A DNA stretch of 64,000 nucleotides, the filler included, from Octopus bimaculoides (taxonomy: Eukaryota), in the NCBI RefSeq assembly GCF_001194135.2. It is 8 parts of 8 records of this genome, joined end to end, with 100 filler letters (N's around TTAATTAATTAA, not from the genome) between each part and the next. Parts side by side here need not be neighbours in the genome. Positions count along the whole stretch, not along the records: positions 10,045 to 17,668 come from NC_069002.1; positions 17,769 to 33,941 come from NC_068991.1; 6 more parts are not named here. One strand, written 5' to 3'. Below, in pieces: positions 11,560-24,255 of this stretch (position 1 is its first letter; each line of letters begins with the position of its first letter). Both the position numbers and the translations under genes were made by a program. The notes under the pieces were generated by a model. The model had not been told where the DNA came from. It saw nothing but the letters and a program-made list of their open reading frames with translations, and searched no databases.

Positions 11560-11850
11560 TCATCTGGTGCTGCTGTGTGGTTAAGAAGATTGCTTTACAA
11601 CCACTTGGTTTCGAGTTCAGTTCCACAGCACTACGCCTTGGAAAAAGTGTTTCCTGCTATAACTCCGTCATAAACATACGTGTGTATGTGTGTGTAGGAA
11701 TGTGTGTGTGTGCGTGTGTAGAAACGTGTGTTTGCGTTTGTCCCTCCACGCTTGACAGCCGGTGTTAGCTTGTTCACGTCTCCGTAAATTTGCGAATAGA
11801 ATAGATGCCAAATTTTAATAAAAGGAAACACTTTGGTCGACTAAAGCATG
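11560..11850 (+). mobile_element. SINE family A, degraded copy
   Basis: gctgtgtggttaagaag...ttcgagttcagttccac...ccttggaaaaagtg, then (TG)n and the family 3' part. Confidence 0.7.
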
Positions 11851-11939
11851 AGCTAGAGTTCTGTAAGAAGCCTGCGAAACTTTGAGCTGCAGAGAGCCGA
11901 ATCGAACTGCTTTAAATAATAATAATAATAATAATAATA

Positions 11940-12150
11940 ATTTCTATTACAGGCACAAGACCTGAAATTTTGGAGAAGAGAGCTGGTCGATTACATCGAC
12001 CCCAATGTATAATTGGTACTTAATCTATCGACCCCGAAAGGATGAAAGGCAAAGGCCGACCACTGCGGTATTTGAACTCAGAGCGTGAAGACGGACGAAA
12101 TACTGCAAAGCATTTCGTCCAGCGCGCTAACGATTCTATCAGCCTTCATG
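11940..12150 (-). mobile_element. SINE family B copy between (TAA)n tracts
   Basis: atcgaccccgaaaggatgaaaggcaaag...tttgaactcag. Confidence 0.8.
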
Positions 12151-12166
12151 ATGATGATGATAATAA

Positions 12167-12243
<77 letters not shown>

Positions 12244-12849
12244 TATGAATTACTAGATCAGGGATTACGAGGAGGTAAACAGGGTAAACACTAGCAGTAT
12301 ATTGATTGACGTATAAAAACCATCATTTGGGGTTTGCTTTAATGAAGAGATAAGGAATTACACTATAATGGCTCGGGTATTAACGGTGGTGGGGGGGGTG
12401 GGGAATGATCGACTTCGAAGAAAGGTTTTGGTGCAGGTTTAGCAGGTCAGGTGAATTCTGAAACGGCTACATTACATGTCAAGTGCTTCTGTTCTTATAC
12501 GAAGAATTTCGTATTTGATGAGTCTAAATTCAATGATGTTCTCCAACAGGAAATTGGAAAATGTCAATCTTCTGAATAAGGAAATGAAGACATATTAGAT
12601 GGGTTAAGATCCATAGACACACAAGTACACACAATACACACATTTACACACACACACACACACACATGCACACAAATATACCTACTTACACACAAACTCA
12701 CGCACATGCGTACATAAACACCGGTACGCGTTAGCACGCAAGACGCATGCATTCGCCCACACACACACAAACGATTCCCGGATTTGAACTAGAATTTCAA
12801 TAGTAAATGATTAAAGATTATGTATCGCAGGTTGACATTTATAAACTGT

Positions 12850-13142
12850 GTTTATCCATTCATTCAATATCTACACACTTTGTCTATCTATCCAGTCAAC
12901 ATCTACACATTGTGTCAATACATCCAGTCAACAGCTACACATTGTGTCTATTTATCAGTCTGCATCTACACACTGTGTCTATAAATCCACTCTACATCTA
13001 CACACTGTGCTCATCTATCCTGTCAACATCTACACACTATCTATCCTGTCTACATCTGGACTATCTATCTATCCAGTTAACATCTACACACTGTCTATCT
13101 TTACAGTCAATATCTACACAAAATCTACACACTGTGTCTATC
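12850..13142. repeat. Degenerate ~28-32-bp minisatellite
   Basis: Repeated tctatctatccagtcaacatctacacactgtg-like units. Confidence 0.85.
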
Positions 13143-13162
13143 TTGGTGGGTGGGGGGGACAA

Positions 13163-13224
<62 letters not shown>

Positions 13225-13226
<2 letters not shown>

Positions 13227-13405
13227 GGGAGAATATACGAAAAAACAACAACAGGCGAGGACAGGTGGTGTAAATAACAAAAGGATGTATTAGTATGACG
13301 CTCGGGAATACGGAAAGTCTTTGACGTTTCGAGCTACGCTCTTCAACAGAAAGAATACGGAGACAAGGAGAAAAAAAAATTGAATAGTGTTCAGTCAACG
13401 GTCAA
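13225..13405 (-). mobile_element. Penelope-like terminal repeat fragment
   Basis: Nearly identical to 15219-15380 and homologous to 23935-24063 (+). Carries a hammerhead-like CTGTTGAAGAGCGTAGCTCGAAACGTC. Confidence 0.6.
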
Positions 13406-13415
13406 TCATGGGCTT

Positions 13416-13570
13416 CTTTCAGTTTCCGTCTACCAAATCCACTCACAAGGCTTTGGTCGGCCCGAAGCTATAGTAGAAGACACTTGCCAAAGGTGCCATG
13501 CAGTGGGAATGAACCCGGAACCATGTGGTTGGTAAGCAAATTACTTACCACACAGCCACTTCTGCGCCTA
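13416..13570 (-). mobile_element. SINE family A 5' half
   Basis: Reverse complement of the tRNA-like head and body of 55547-55710. Confidence 0.85.
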
Positions 13571-13765
13571 TAGTAAAAAAAAAGTAAAGTAACACATTAA
13601 TTAAAATATATTAAAAGAAACTACGTAGTGTACCGCAGATGAGTGAACAAAGAATCGCACATACTGTATGGAAAACGAAATTCGGGGAGCGAGTGTGTGA
13701 TATTGTTTTGTATTTATAATAAGATAAATATATACAAATTATAACAATTATAAAAAATATATATA

Positions 13766-13977
13766 CAGGGTGTCCACAAAGTCTGGGTACAGGGGGATTA
13801 GCACATACTTTAAGAAATAATAACTTATATTATTTAATTGTTTATGTTATGATTTTATTTACTCCATGTACCCACATGGGGATGAACACATACTTTAAGA
13901 AATTATTATTTCTTATATTTAATTGCTTATGTTATGATTTTATTTACTCCATGTAGCCAGACTTTGTGGACACCCTG
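13766..13977. mobile_element. Tc1/mariner-type MITE, 212 bp
   Basis: TIR CAGGGTGTCCACAAAGTCTGGGTACA (1 mismatch in 26), TA TSD on both sides, and an internal ~80-bp tandem duplication. Confidence 0.9.
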
Positions 13978-13979
13978 TA

Positions 13980-14062
13980 CAGTACTGTTTCTGCTTCGCG
14001 GATTTTTACTTATCGCGGGAGGTTTTAGAACGTAACACCCGCGATAGTCGAGGTATTACTGT
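13980..14062. mobile_element. Partial Tc1/mariner-type MITE end
   Basis: atcgcggg...cccgcgat hairpin followed by agtcgaggtattactg|TA. Confidence 0.5.
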
Positions 14063-14703
14063 ATGTATACGTGCACGTATATTTCTTTCCTCTCTCTTTC
14101 TCTTTTACCCCTTCCTCTCACATTCTCTCAAATACACAAATAAGCGCGAGCACACACACACACACACACTTTCGTATTCCAACGCTAATACTGTCCTCTT
14201 TAATGTTACCGAACAGGATTGATGCTACCAGGATGATGGTTCATTTTTACTCACAGCATCACAAACTTCCAATCACTTTCGTTTCGCCCGCTGCATTAAA
14301 CTCGCTGCACCTCTAACTACTACAGCTGCACCCACTGCACCGAGATAGGTGCAGCTATAACAACTACAGCCATTAATTTTTGTTTTACTACTTCCTGACA
14401 ATTAAGTTCCTTCCCCCTCGGTTTCCTTCTTCGAAACCCGGACCTTGTTTCGCATGAATCATTCTCAGCTTCTAATTCACAAATCATGACTCTGCTTTTC
14501 TTAATCCAATCCCCAACAGATGGAAGATCACGGATCTATATAACCTACGTCATCCTAATACACGGTACACTGCCATGATTGTGTATCACACTGACTCTTT
14601 ATGTTCTGGGTTCAAATCCTGCTGAAGCCAGCGTTGCTTTTCGTCCTTTCACTTTTGATAAAATAAAATACCAGTCAAGTGCTGCAATTGATTTAACCAA
14701 TAA

Positions 14704-14845
14704 AAATATTGAGTGTTCAATATAAAGGACAGACTGTAACAGACTGTCATACTGGCCATGATGAAATACCACAAGGTATAGAAAATACGTATTCGCCTTT
14801 CTATATTTCTATATTTAAATCCTTTATATTGAACACTCAATATTT
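14704..14845 (+). ncRNA. Minimal hammerhead-like motif (14754-14797) between perfect 26-bp inverted repeats
   Basis: ggc-CATGATGA-a-atacc(acaa)ggtat-a-GAAA-atacgtat-TC-gcc. Arms at 14704-14729 and 14820-14845. Confidence 0.5.
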
Positions 14846-15218
14846 CATATATTCAATAAGACATATTCCATATATTCAATAAGACATTCAATACTTCATT
14901 TCATTGTACCATCCATCTTTTTTTATATTATATATTATATATTCCATATTCTATATCCCACATAAATTTTACAAGAATATAAATAAAAAACATAAAAAAC
15001 AGACAGAGTTGGAACTCTTTTAAATAAAATANNNNNNNNNNNNNNNNNNNNNNNNNNNNNNNNNNNNNNNNNNNNNNNNNNNNNNNNNNNNNNNNNNNNN
15101 NNNNNNNNNNNNNNNNNNNNNNNNNNNNNNNNNNNNNNNNNNNNNNNNNNNNNNNNNNNNNNNNNNNNNNNNNNNNNNNNNNNNNNNNNNNNNNNNNNNN
15201 NNNNNNNNNNNNNNNNNN

Positions 15219-15400
15219 CGAGGACAGGTGGTGTAAATAACAAAAGTATATATTAGTATGACGCTCGGGAATACGGAAAGTCTTTGACGTTTCGAGCTAC
15301 GCTCTTCAACAGAAAGAATACGGAGACAAGGAGAAAAACACGGAGAAAAAAAATTGAATAGTGTTCAGTCAACGGTCAATCATAATAATGGCCGATCATA
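15219..15400 (-). mobile_element. Penelope-like terminal repeat fragment (second copy)
   Basis: Near-identical to 13257-13405. Confidence 0.6.
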
Positions 15401-15521
15401 ACAATGACTGACCGGAAGTTAGAAATTCTTATTTCAGGAGAGCTAAGAAAGGGGGAGATAACAAACGGTGATCGGGAACGAGGGGCTGTGTGTGGGAGGT
15501 AGACTGCTGGTGATCTTGACG

Positions 15522-15553
<32 letters not shown>

Positions 15554-15757
15554 TGTTTGTGTGTGTGTCTGTGTATGTGTGTGCTTTTGTGTGCGTGTCT
15601 GTGCGTGTATGTATATGTGTGTGTATTTGCACGTGTCTGTATTCCTCGTGTGAGTCTATGTGTGTGTGTTTGTCTGTTTGTGTGTGTACATATACATATG
15701 CGTGTATTTGTACAGAAGTCAGTGCGTGTGTATTAGTGGATGTGTGCGTGTGTGTCC

Positions 15758-15794
<37 letters not shown>

Positions 15795-15804
15795 CTTTAC
15801 TACC

Positions 15805-16020
15805 CACAAGGGGCTACACACAGAGGGGACAAACAAGGACAGACAAACGGATTAAGTCGATTATACCGACTCCAGTGCGTAACTGGCACTTATATAATCG
15901 ACCCCGAAAGGATGAAAGGCAAAGTCGACCTGGCCGGAATTTGAACTCAGAACGTAACGCAGACGAAATACTGCTAAGTATTTCGCCCGGCGTGCTAACG
16001 TTTCTGCCAGCTCGCCGCCT
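15805..16020 (-). mobile_element. SINE family B, well preserved
   Basis: atcgaccccgaaaggatgaaaggcaaagtcgacctggccggaatttgaactcagaacgt...ttctgccagctcgccgcc. Confidence 0.9.
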
Positions 16021-16962
16021 TGTGTATGTGTGTGTGTGTCTTTGTGTACCTATGNNNNNNNNNNNNNNNNNNNNNNNNNNNNNNNNNNNNNNNNNNNNNN
16101 NNNNNNNNNNNNNNNNNNNNNNNNNNNNNNNNNNNNNNNNNNNNNNNNNNNNNNNNNNNNNNNNNNNNNNNNNNNNNNNNNNNNNNNNNNNNNNNNNNNN
16201 NNNNNNNNNNNNNNNNNNNNNNNNNNNNNNNNNNNNNNNNNNNNNNNNNNNNNNNNNNNNNNNNNNNNNNNNNNNNNNNNNNNNNNNNNNNNNNNNNNNN
16301 NNNNNNNNNNNNNNNNNNNNNNNNNNNNNNNNNNNNNNNNNNNNNNNNNNNNNNNNNNNNNNNNNNNNNNNNNNNNNNNNNNNNNNNNNNNNNNNNNNNN
16401 NNNNNNNNNNNNNNNNNNNNNNNNNNNNNNNNNNNNNNNNNNNNNNNNNNNNNNNNNNNNNNNNNNNNNNNNNNNNNNNNNNNNNNNNNNNNNNNNNNNN
16501 NNNNNNNNNNNNNNNNNNNNNNNNNNNNNNNNNNNNNNNNNNNNNNNNNNNNNNNNNNNNNNNNNNNNNNNNNNNNNNNNNNNNNNNNNNNNNNNNNNNN
16601 NNNNNNNNNNNNNNNNNNNNNNNNNNNNNNNNNNNNNNNNNNNNNNNNNNNNNNNNNNNNNNNNNNNNNNNNNNNNNNNNNNNNNNNNNNNNNNNNNNNN
16701 NNNNNNNNNNNNNNNNNNNNNNNNNNNNNNNNNNNNNNNNNNNNNNNNNNNNNNNNNNNNNNNNNNNNNNNNNNNNNNNNNNNNNNNNNNNNNNNNNNNN
16801 NNNNNNNNNNNNNNNNNNNNNNNNNNNNNNNNNNNNNNNNNNNNNNNNNNNNNNNNNNNNNNNNNNNNNNNNNNNNNNNNNNNNNNNNNNNNNNNNNNNN
16901 NNNNNNNNNNNNNNNNNNNNNNNNNNNNNNNNNNNNNNNNNNNNNNNNNNNNNNNNNNNNNN

Positions 16963-17325
16963 TAAACATACAAACATACATACATACATACATACATACA
17001 TACGTACGTACATGCATACATACATACGTACATACATATACACACATACATATATATACATATATATACATACATACATATATGCATATATATACATACA
17101 TAACTACATACATACGCACATGCATACATACACACATACATGCATACATACATACATATATGCATGCATACATACGTACATGCATATACATACATACATA
17201 AATACATACATACATATACATACATACATACATACATACATACATACACAGACGTACGTACATACATATATAGATGCTCACATACACACACATGCATACA
17301 TAAATACATACAAACATACGTACAT
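16963..17325. repeat. (CATA)n microsatellite
   Basis: Direct inspection. Confidence 0.95.
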
Positions 17326-17490
17326 ATGATGACCGTCTTTCGGTTTCCGTCTACAAAGTTCATTCACAAGGCTTTGGTCAGCCCCAGGCTATAGTAGAAG
17401 ATACTTGCCCAAGGTACCACGCACTGGGACTGAACTCGGAAGCATGCAGTTCGGAAAAAGCTTCTTACCACGCTGCCACGACTGTGCTTA
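17326..17490 (-). mobile_element. SINE family A 5' half
   Basis: ttccgtctacaaagttcattcacaaggctttggtc...cttgcccaaggtaccacgcactgggactgaac. Confidence 0.8.
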
Positions 17491-17539
17491 TGTTACCTTC
17501 CTTAGGTCGAAAATACAGAGATGCGGTGTATGTATGCGC

Positions 17540-17579
<40 letters not shown>

Positions 17580-17623
17580 GTGTGTGTGTGTGTAATTTTT
17601 TGTATAATTATATATTGTGAATA

Positions 17624-17668
<45 letters not shown>

Positions 17669-17768
17669 NNNNNNNNNNNNNNNNNNNNNNNNNNNNNNNN
17701 NNNNNNNNNNNNTTAATTAATTAANNNNNNNNNNNNNNNNNNNNNNNNNNNNNNNNNNNNNNNNNNNN
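17669..17768. other. Artificial scaffold spacer
   Basis: 44 N + TTAATTAATTAA (17713-17724) + 44 N. Confidence 0.97.
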
Positions 17769-18739
17769 ATATATATATATATATAAATTATATAAATAGC
17801 TAGGCGCAACAGAATGCCATAGAGGAACAATTTTATCGTCACTAATTATGTAATTAATATAAGGGAAAAAACTATTATTTTATTGATATTATATTGCGCT
17901 TAGCTGTTTATATTTATTTTTAATATAGGCATTGGCGTGTCGCTAAGTCAGCCATAAACTTTATGGTAAAAATATAAAAAACTGACAACTGGATTAAGCT
18001 AAAACCATCGAGCGTTTCTGTAGCCACTTCTGACGAAATTAGTAGCCTAGCGATCCTAGAGACACTCATGGAGCGGTCATCTCGCCTCTCAGTGTGCTTC
18101 TTTCAGTTTCCTCCTACCAAATCCACTCACAAGATTTGGTGGACCCGGTGTTACAATAGAAGCTATTTCCCCAATATATATATGCTTGCATACATATATA
18201 GATACATGGATAGATAGATAGATAGGCGGATAGATAAACAGATAGATAAATACACACATACATACATACATACATACATACATACATACATACACACAAA
18301 CATATATCCTAGTTCATTTGTTGGATAGGACTTATGTGTACCTCAAAAACTCTCCTTCAAGTCTGTAAGTAACCAGCCCCCATTTCCATCTTAACTCACG
18401 TAGAATATTTAATTAATCTGAACTCAGAACACATGCTATATTCAATTTTGTATTCAACTCCATCCAAGGTATCAAGCCATAAAAATAACATGCACATTAA
18501 AATTTTCCACACCCTACTTATAAAACCGTTCGTTCTATAGAGTAAAGGATGAAAATACGTCTTTCTCGGATTCTTTTGCCTGTAAATTCCAACATTTCCT
18601 TGATTTTCTTCGTCTTCTTTTCGCTTTGTTTCCTTACCTTTCCTTACCTTTCCTTTCTCCTTCCTTTTCATCTCGCATTCAATTTCTTACGTTTCTTCCA
18701 TTTTGCTTTCCTATCCCTTCTCCTTCTACTGCCCCTCCA

Positions 18740-19420
18740 CATTCTTCTTCTTCGTCTTCTTCTTCTTCTTCTTCTTCTTCTTCTTTTTCTTTTTCTTTTT
18801 CTTCTTCTTTTTCTTCTTCTTCTTCTTCTTCTTCTTCTTCTTCTTCTTCTTTCTCTTCTTCTTCTTTTTCTGCTTCTTCCCCTCCTCCTCCTCCTTCTTG
18901 TTCTTGNNNNNNNNNNNNNNNNNNNNNNNNNNNNNNNNNNNNNNNNNNNNNNNNNNNNNNNNNNNNNNNNNNNNNNNNNNNNNNNNNNNNNNNNNNNNNN
19001 NNNNNNNNNNNNNNNNNNNNNNNNNNNNNNNNNNNNNNNNNNNNNNNNNNNNNNNNNNNNNNNNNNNNNNNNNNNNNNNNNNNNNNNNNNNNNNNNNNNN
19101 NNNNNNNNNNNNNNNNNNNNNNNNNNNNNNNNNTCTCCTCCTCCTCCTCCTCCTCCTCCTCATTCTCCTCCTCCTCCTTTTCCTTTTCTTTTTCTTTTTC
19201 TTTTTCTCTTTCTTCTTTTTTCTTTTTCTTGTTGTTGTTGTTGCTGTTGTTGTTCTTCTTCTTTTTCTTTTTCTTCTTGCTCTTCTTCTTGTTCTTGTTC
19301 TTCTTCTTCTTCTTCTTGTTCTTGTTCTTGTTCTTCTTCTTCTTCTTCTTCTTCTTCTTCTTCTTCTTCTTCTTCTTCTTCTTCTTCTTCTTCTTCTTCG
19401 CCGTCGTCGTCGTCGTCACC
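18740..19420. repeat. (CTT)n/(CCT)n pyrimidine-rich microsatellite with internal gap
   Basis: Direct inspection. Confidence 0.95.
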
Positions 19421-20122
19421 TTTATTTTTCTTCTTAGTTTATGTTATTCACTTTTCCTTTTACCATTACTTCTGCGTCAGGTACAAAAATTTGTTACCTA
19501 AGAATCGAGAACGAGAAACTCTTACATTACTACTCAGCTCCCGAATACAGTGGGTCTTTAAATTTACAGGTAAAGCTATACACTCTAAAGTTTGCTTTTT
19601 AGTTTACACAAAACTTTTCGTAGAGAATATTCTCAAGAAGAAATTACAAAATTCTGCTGAAAAATTAAGTTGCAATTATGAATTGACTGTTGACAAACGA
19701 ATACTTTGTGATAGGGAACTTAATTACTTCATTTACTTCCTAAATTTACTAAGGTTGGCCTTACGTGTATATATTACCTGAATCGATAAAGTAGGTGCTA
19801 GTTGAGAAGTGGAATACTTGAGACAAATGGATCGACTATAATGTGACCTCCACTAAAGATTTATATACTTCTACTTGTTTACAATAAACGTGTGTGCAGT
19901 CACACTTTGGTTTGTAAGGGAAAATTTTCAGGTTAAAAATAAGAAGAGACATAGGGGAAGAAACACAGCATTTGTTATCTTTTACCGTTTTCTTGTTGCA
20001 GTCATTGGACTGAAGGGTTTAGTCGAACAAATCATCACCAGGGCTTATTTTTTATAAAGCCTAGTACTTGTTTGAAAATATATACATATCAGTCCTGGTT
20101 ATGACTTTAAGTTGCATCCGTT

Positions 20123-20461
20123 AGTAAGGCCTGGGTACGAGAATTCAAGGATTTTGAGGAGTGTCTAAACACGGAGCGGTAGCACCAGTTAGGCTCCCAG
20201 CTATGCATTAGCTTGTAGGTGACGCACTGGGAGCGAAGGACCTCTATTCCTTGTCAGAATTTCCTTCTAGGAGAAATAAAAATCGCATAAAACACCTGAA
20301 GTGCAATCGGTTTCTGGTAATCTCACCTTCTGTTGTGCCACGGGTGGTATAGTTGGTTGATCTGGAAAGTGGGTTAAAGTTCGGTACAACACCTTGTCCA
20401 ATCAAAACAAATTCACGCACAGGAATTTCTTGAATTCTCGAACCATTAGCATGGCCTTACT
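20123..20461. mobile_element. Putative MITE with imperfect TIRs
   Basis: agtaaggcc...cgagaattcaag at the left is mirrored by cttgaattctcg...ggccttact at the right. Confidence 0.45.
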
Positions 20462-20524
20462 GAGTTTAGGAATTGGTCTTACTCGGTAAAGAGTTGACTT
20501 CCGCCAATATACACACACACACAC

Positions 20525-20561
<37 letters not shown>

Positions 20562-21253
20562 ATAAATATATATATATATGCAAATATATATATATATATA
20601 NNNNNNNNNNNNNNNNNNNNNNNNNNNNNNNNNNNNNNNNNNNNNNNNNNNNNNNNNNNNNNNNNNNNNNNNNNNNNNNNNNNNNNNNNNNNNNNNNNNN
20701 NNNNNNNNNNNNNNNNNNNNNNNNNNNNNNNNNNNNNNNNNNNNNNNNNNNNNNNNNNNNNNNNNNNNNNNNNNNNNNNNNNNNNNNNNNNNNNNNNNNN
20801 NNNNNNNNNNNNNNNNNNNNNNNNNNNNNNNNNNNNNNNNNNNNNNNNNNNNNNNNNNNNNNNNNNNNNNNNNNNNNNNNNNNNNNNNNNNNNNNNNNNN
20901 NNNNNNNNNNNNNNNNNNNNNNNNNNNNNNNNNNNNNNNNNNNNNNNNNNNNNNNNNNNNNNNNNNNNNNNNNNNNNNNNNNNNNNNNNNNNNNNNNNNN
21001 NNNNNNNNNNNNNNNNNNNNNNNNNNNNNNNNNNNNNNNNNNNNNNNNNNNNNNNNNNNNNNNNNNNNNNNNNNNNNNNNNNNNNNNNNNNNNNNNNNNN
21101 NNNNNNNNNNNNNNNNNNNNNNNNNNNNNNNNNNNNNNNNNNNNNNNNNNNNNNNNNNNNNNNNNNNNNNNNNNNNNNNNNNNNNNNNNNNNNNNNNNNN
21201 NNNNNNNNNNNNNNNNNNNNNNNNNNNNNNNNNNNNNNNNNNNNNNNNNNNNN

Positions 21254-21291
<38 letters not shown>

Positions 21292-21498
21292 CTGTAGATA
21301 CATGTACACATACACGTATGTGTGTTAGGCTTACGTGTGCTTATGTGCGACTAAATTTTCTTTGGGATTTAATTGACATATTCATTAGAGAAACCTTTTC
21401 AAATTCCGTCTTTAACTTCAGTTTTCATACTTTCTCACATCTATACGTCGGTAGTTTCTGTATCTTTTAATGTTGCCTTTGCTTCTCTGATGGCTTTC

Positions 21499-21609
21499 CT
21501 TCTTCTTCTTCTTCTTCTTCTTCTTCTTCTTCTTCTTCTTCTTCTTCTTCTTCTTCTTCTTCTTCTTCTTCTTCTTCTTCTTCTTCTTCTTCTTCTTCTT
21601 CTTCTTCTT

Positions 21610-21677
<68 letters not shown>

Positions 21678-21740
21678 CAATAACAATAATAACAACATCA
21701 ACCAGAAGATCATCAACAACAATAATAATAACAACAGCAA
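21499..21740. repeat. Compound (CTT)n-(TTA)n-(AAC/AAT)n microsatellite
   Basis: Direct inspection. Confidence 0.95.
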
Positions 21741-21997
21741 TAATAATAATGATAATAGGAATATTAGTCAGTCTACTGATAATGGCATTAATGATAAAAT
21801 ATAACAACTACAATGATATCAACAACACAAAGATAATTATATCCAAAGCAAGTAGTGATGACTATGATAGTGATGGGGAGGATGGGGAGGATGAGGAGAA
21901 GGAGTAAAGGGAAGAGGTTGTAGGTGATGCGACCGAGGAGGATAATATGAACGAAGATGAAGAAATGAAGATAATATTGGTGTTAATAATGATGGTG

Positions 21998-22059
<62 letters not shown>

Positions 22060-22149
22060 TTACATAAGGTTACAAATTTGCGTGGAGGTATATAAACGAT
22101 CAATTAAAATATGAAAACGAAAACTGATATCCAAGTGAAAAGAAAATTG

Positions 22150-22889
22150 TTTTAAAAAATATTTTTAAAAAAATGAGAAATGGGTAAATTGGAGTTGAAT
22201 GAATGAAGGTAAAAAAAGAAGCACGAGAAAAAAGAGGAAAGAAGAGTGATGAATATAAAAAAAGCGAATGGGAACAAAGTTAAACTGAAAGATAAAAAGA
22301 AATATATAAAAACAATGAATGCATTCGTAAATAAATAACGATTGCAAAGGAAACAGAAGTGAAAGAAAGGGAAGAAAAATCTGAGAAATATGGAGAAAGA
22401 AATATAGCAAGAAAAACAAAGCGTTGTGTTGTTGGGTGTGGTTGGGAAGGAATTTAAACTGTGAATGAAAGGAAATTAAAAAATTACTGCTAGAATTACA
22501 TATAAAAAGAAACATGAGATGAATACAAGAAGGAAAATGGTGGCCGAAAAATATTAATAGTCAGTGGGGTAATGGGAGGAGGAAGTCAAAATAAAGTGAA
22601 AGAGAGAGGAACATGAGAGAAAGATAAAGGAAGGTAGAAAGAGAGAGAGAGGGGGGAGGAGGAAACAGAAAAAAAGGAGAGGAAAGTGAGAGGAGTAAAG
22701 GAGAAATAAATTATTTGGAAACGAAAAAATAAAGAGGAAAGAAAGAAAAACGAAAGAAACGGCAGAAAAAAAGAAAGCAAGTATGAAAGAAAAAAGGAAA
22801 AGGAAAAAGGAAGAAAATAGGAAAAGACATGATCAGAAAAAAAAAGAAATACTGTATTTTAAAAAGGAATGGATGGAGAAAGAGAGAGA

Positions 22890-22935
<46 letters not shown>

Positions 22936-23250
22936 GAGGGGAAAATGGATAGGAATAAAGTTGAAGAAAAATGGATGAGTATTTGATAAAAGACTATAGA
23001 AGGAACGGTTGCAAGTATAAAGATAGCGTTGTAGAAACTGGAAAGGAGTAGAAGAGGTGAGAGGGGAGAGAAGAGAGAGAGAGAGAGAAGGGAGAGAAGA
23101 GAGAGAGAGAGAAGGGAGAGAAGAGAGAGAGAGAGAGAAGGGAGAGAAGGAGAGAGCAGGGAGAGGCAAAGGGAGAGAGGCAAAGGAGAGAGAGAAAGTG
23201 ATGGTGGGAGTGAGAAAGAAATAGAAATTTGGTATGCTACATGATAGGAT
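22150..23250. repeat. Purine-rich low-complexity tract with (GA)n and a ~24-bp GA-rich unit
   Basis: Direct inspection. Confidence 0.85.
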
Positions 23251-23899
23251 TAGAATTGTTGACTGGTTATGATAGGGTAATGGAATGGTACAAAGAATTA
23301 TCACAGTGAGATGTATTTTGATATATGTATATATAGAGCGATATAGTGTTGAACAAAATACCTTGTGGTATTTGGTTATGTTGATCCTATTTATTCCACT
23401 TTAGGTCAATTCTACCTTTCTTCCTACACCCCACTCCTACACCCTCTCCCACATACTCCACCTCTACCCTCACCCTCTACCTACCCACCTACCCCACCTA
23501 CCCCAACCTCTTCCTACCCACATTCCCCTACCTCTACCCCACCCTCAGTCTAACCCACACCCCAGCCATGCTTTCCCCACTCTCGCCTCCCCCACCTCCC
23601 AACACCTTCACATCACACCACGTTACACCATATCACACTACACAACACATCACAACACACCACCAGGCACACCCCAGCACTGACCAGTTCCCATCCTCAC
23701 GTTTTCACACCTTCACACTTACATACACACATGCATACGTTAATATCACCAGCATTCTCTCGCACACACGCACCTTCGTTTTGGGATCACTACTTCTTTG
23801 TTATCTCCCCTTCTTCTTAACTCTCCTGTGTGACCCTTCTGTCTGGCATTCGCCATGATAGATCGCTGACCACTACACATAATTTTTTTCTCTCCTTGT

Positions 23900-24063
23900 T
23901 TCTCTCCTTGTTTCTTTCTGTGTTCCTTTGTGTGTTACTTTCTGTTGAAGAGCGTAGGCTTGAAACGTTAAAGACTGTCTCTATTCCCGAGCGTTATACT
24001 AATACATCCATTTGTTGTTTACACCACCTGTCTTCGTCGTTTGTTTTTTCGTGAATTCTCCCA
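23900..24063 (+). mobile_element. Penelope-like terminal repeat fragment
   Basis: tctgttgaagagcgtaggcttgaaacgttaaagact..., same family as 13225-13405, preceded by a C-rich tract. Confidence 0.6.
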
Positions 24064-24217
24064 TATATATATANNNNNNNNNNNNNNNNNNNNNNNNNNN
24101 NNNNNNNNNNNNNNNNNNNNNNNNNNNNNNNNNNNNNNNNNNNNNNNNNNNNNNNNNNNNNNNNNNNNNNNNNNNNNNNNNNNNNNNNNNNNNNNNNNNN
24201 NNNNNNNNNNNNNNNNN

Positions 24218-24255
<38 letters not shown>

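Noticed and set aside
20314-20455. Minus-strand exon-like frame HANGSRIQEIPVREFVLIG... with gtgaga donor
   Set aside because: It lies inside the inverted-repeat-bounded element 20123-20461, and no partner exons were found.
15740-21315. Long ORFs (250-530 aa) in the supplied track here and at 8528-9456, 36214-37657, 50742-51330 and 56713-57275
   Set aside because: They run through N gaps or simple repeats (YIYI, HTYI, poly-L/S/K) and have no real coding signal beyond the TE fragments listed.
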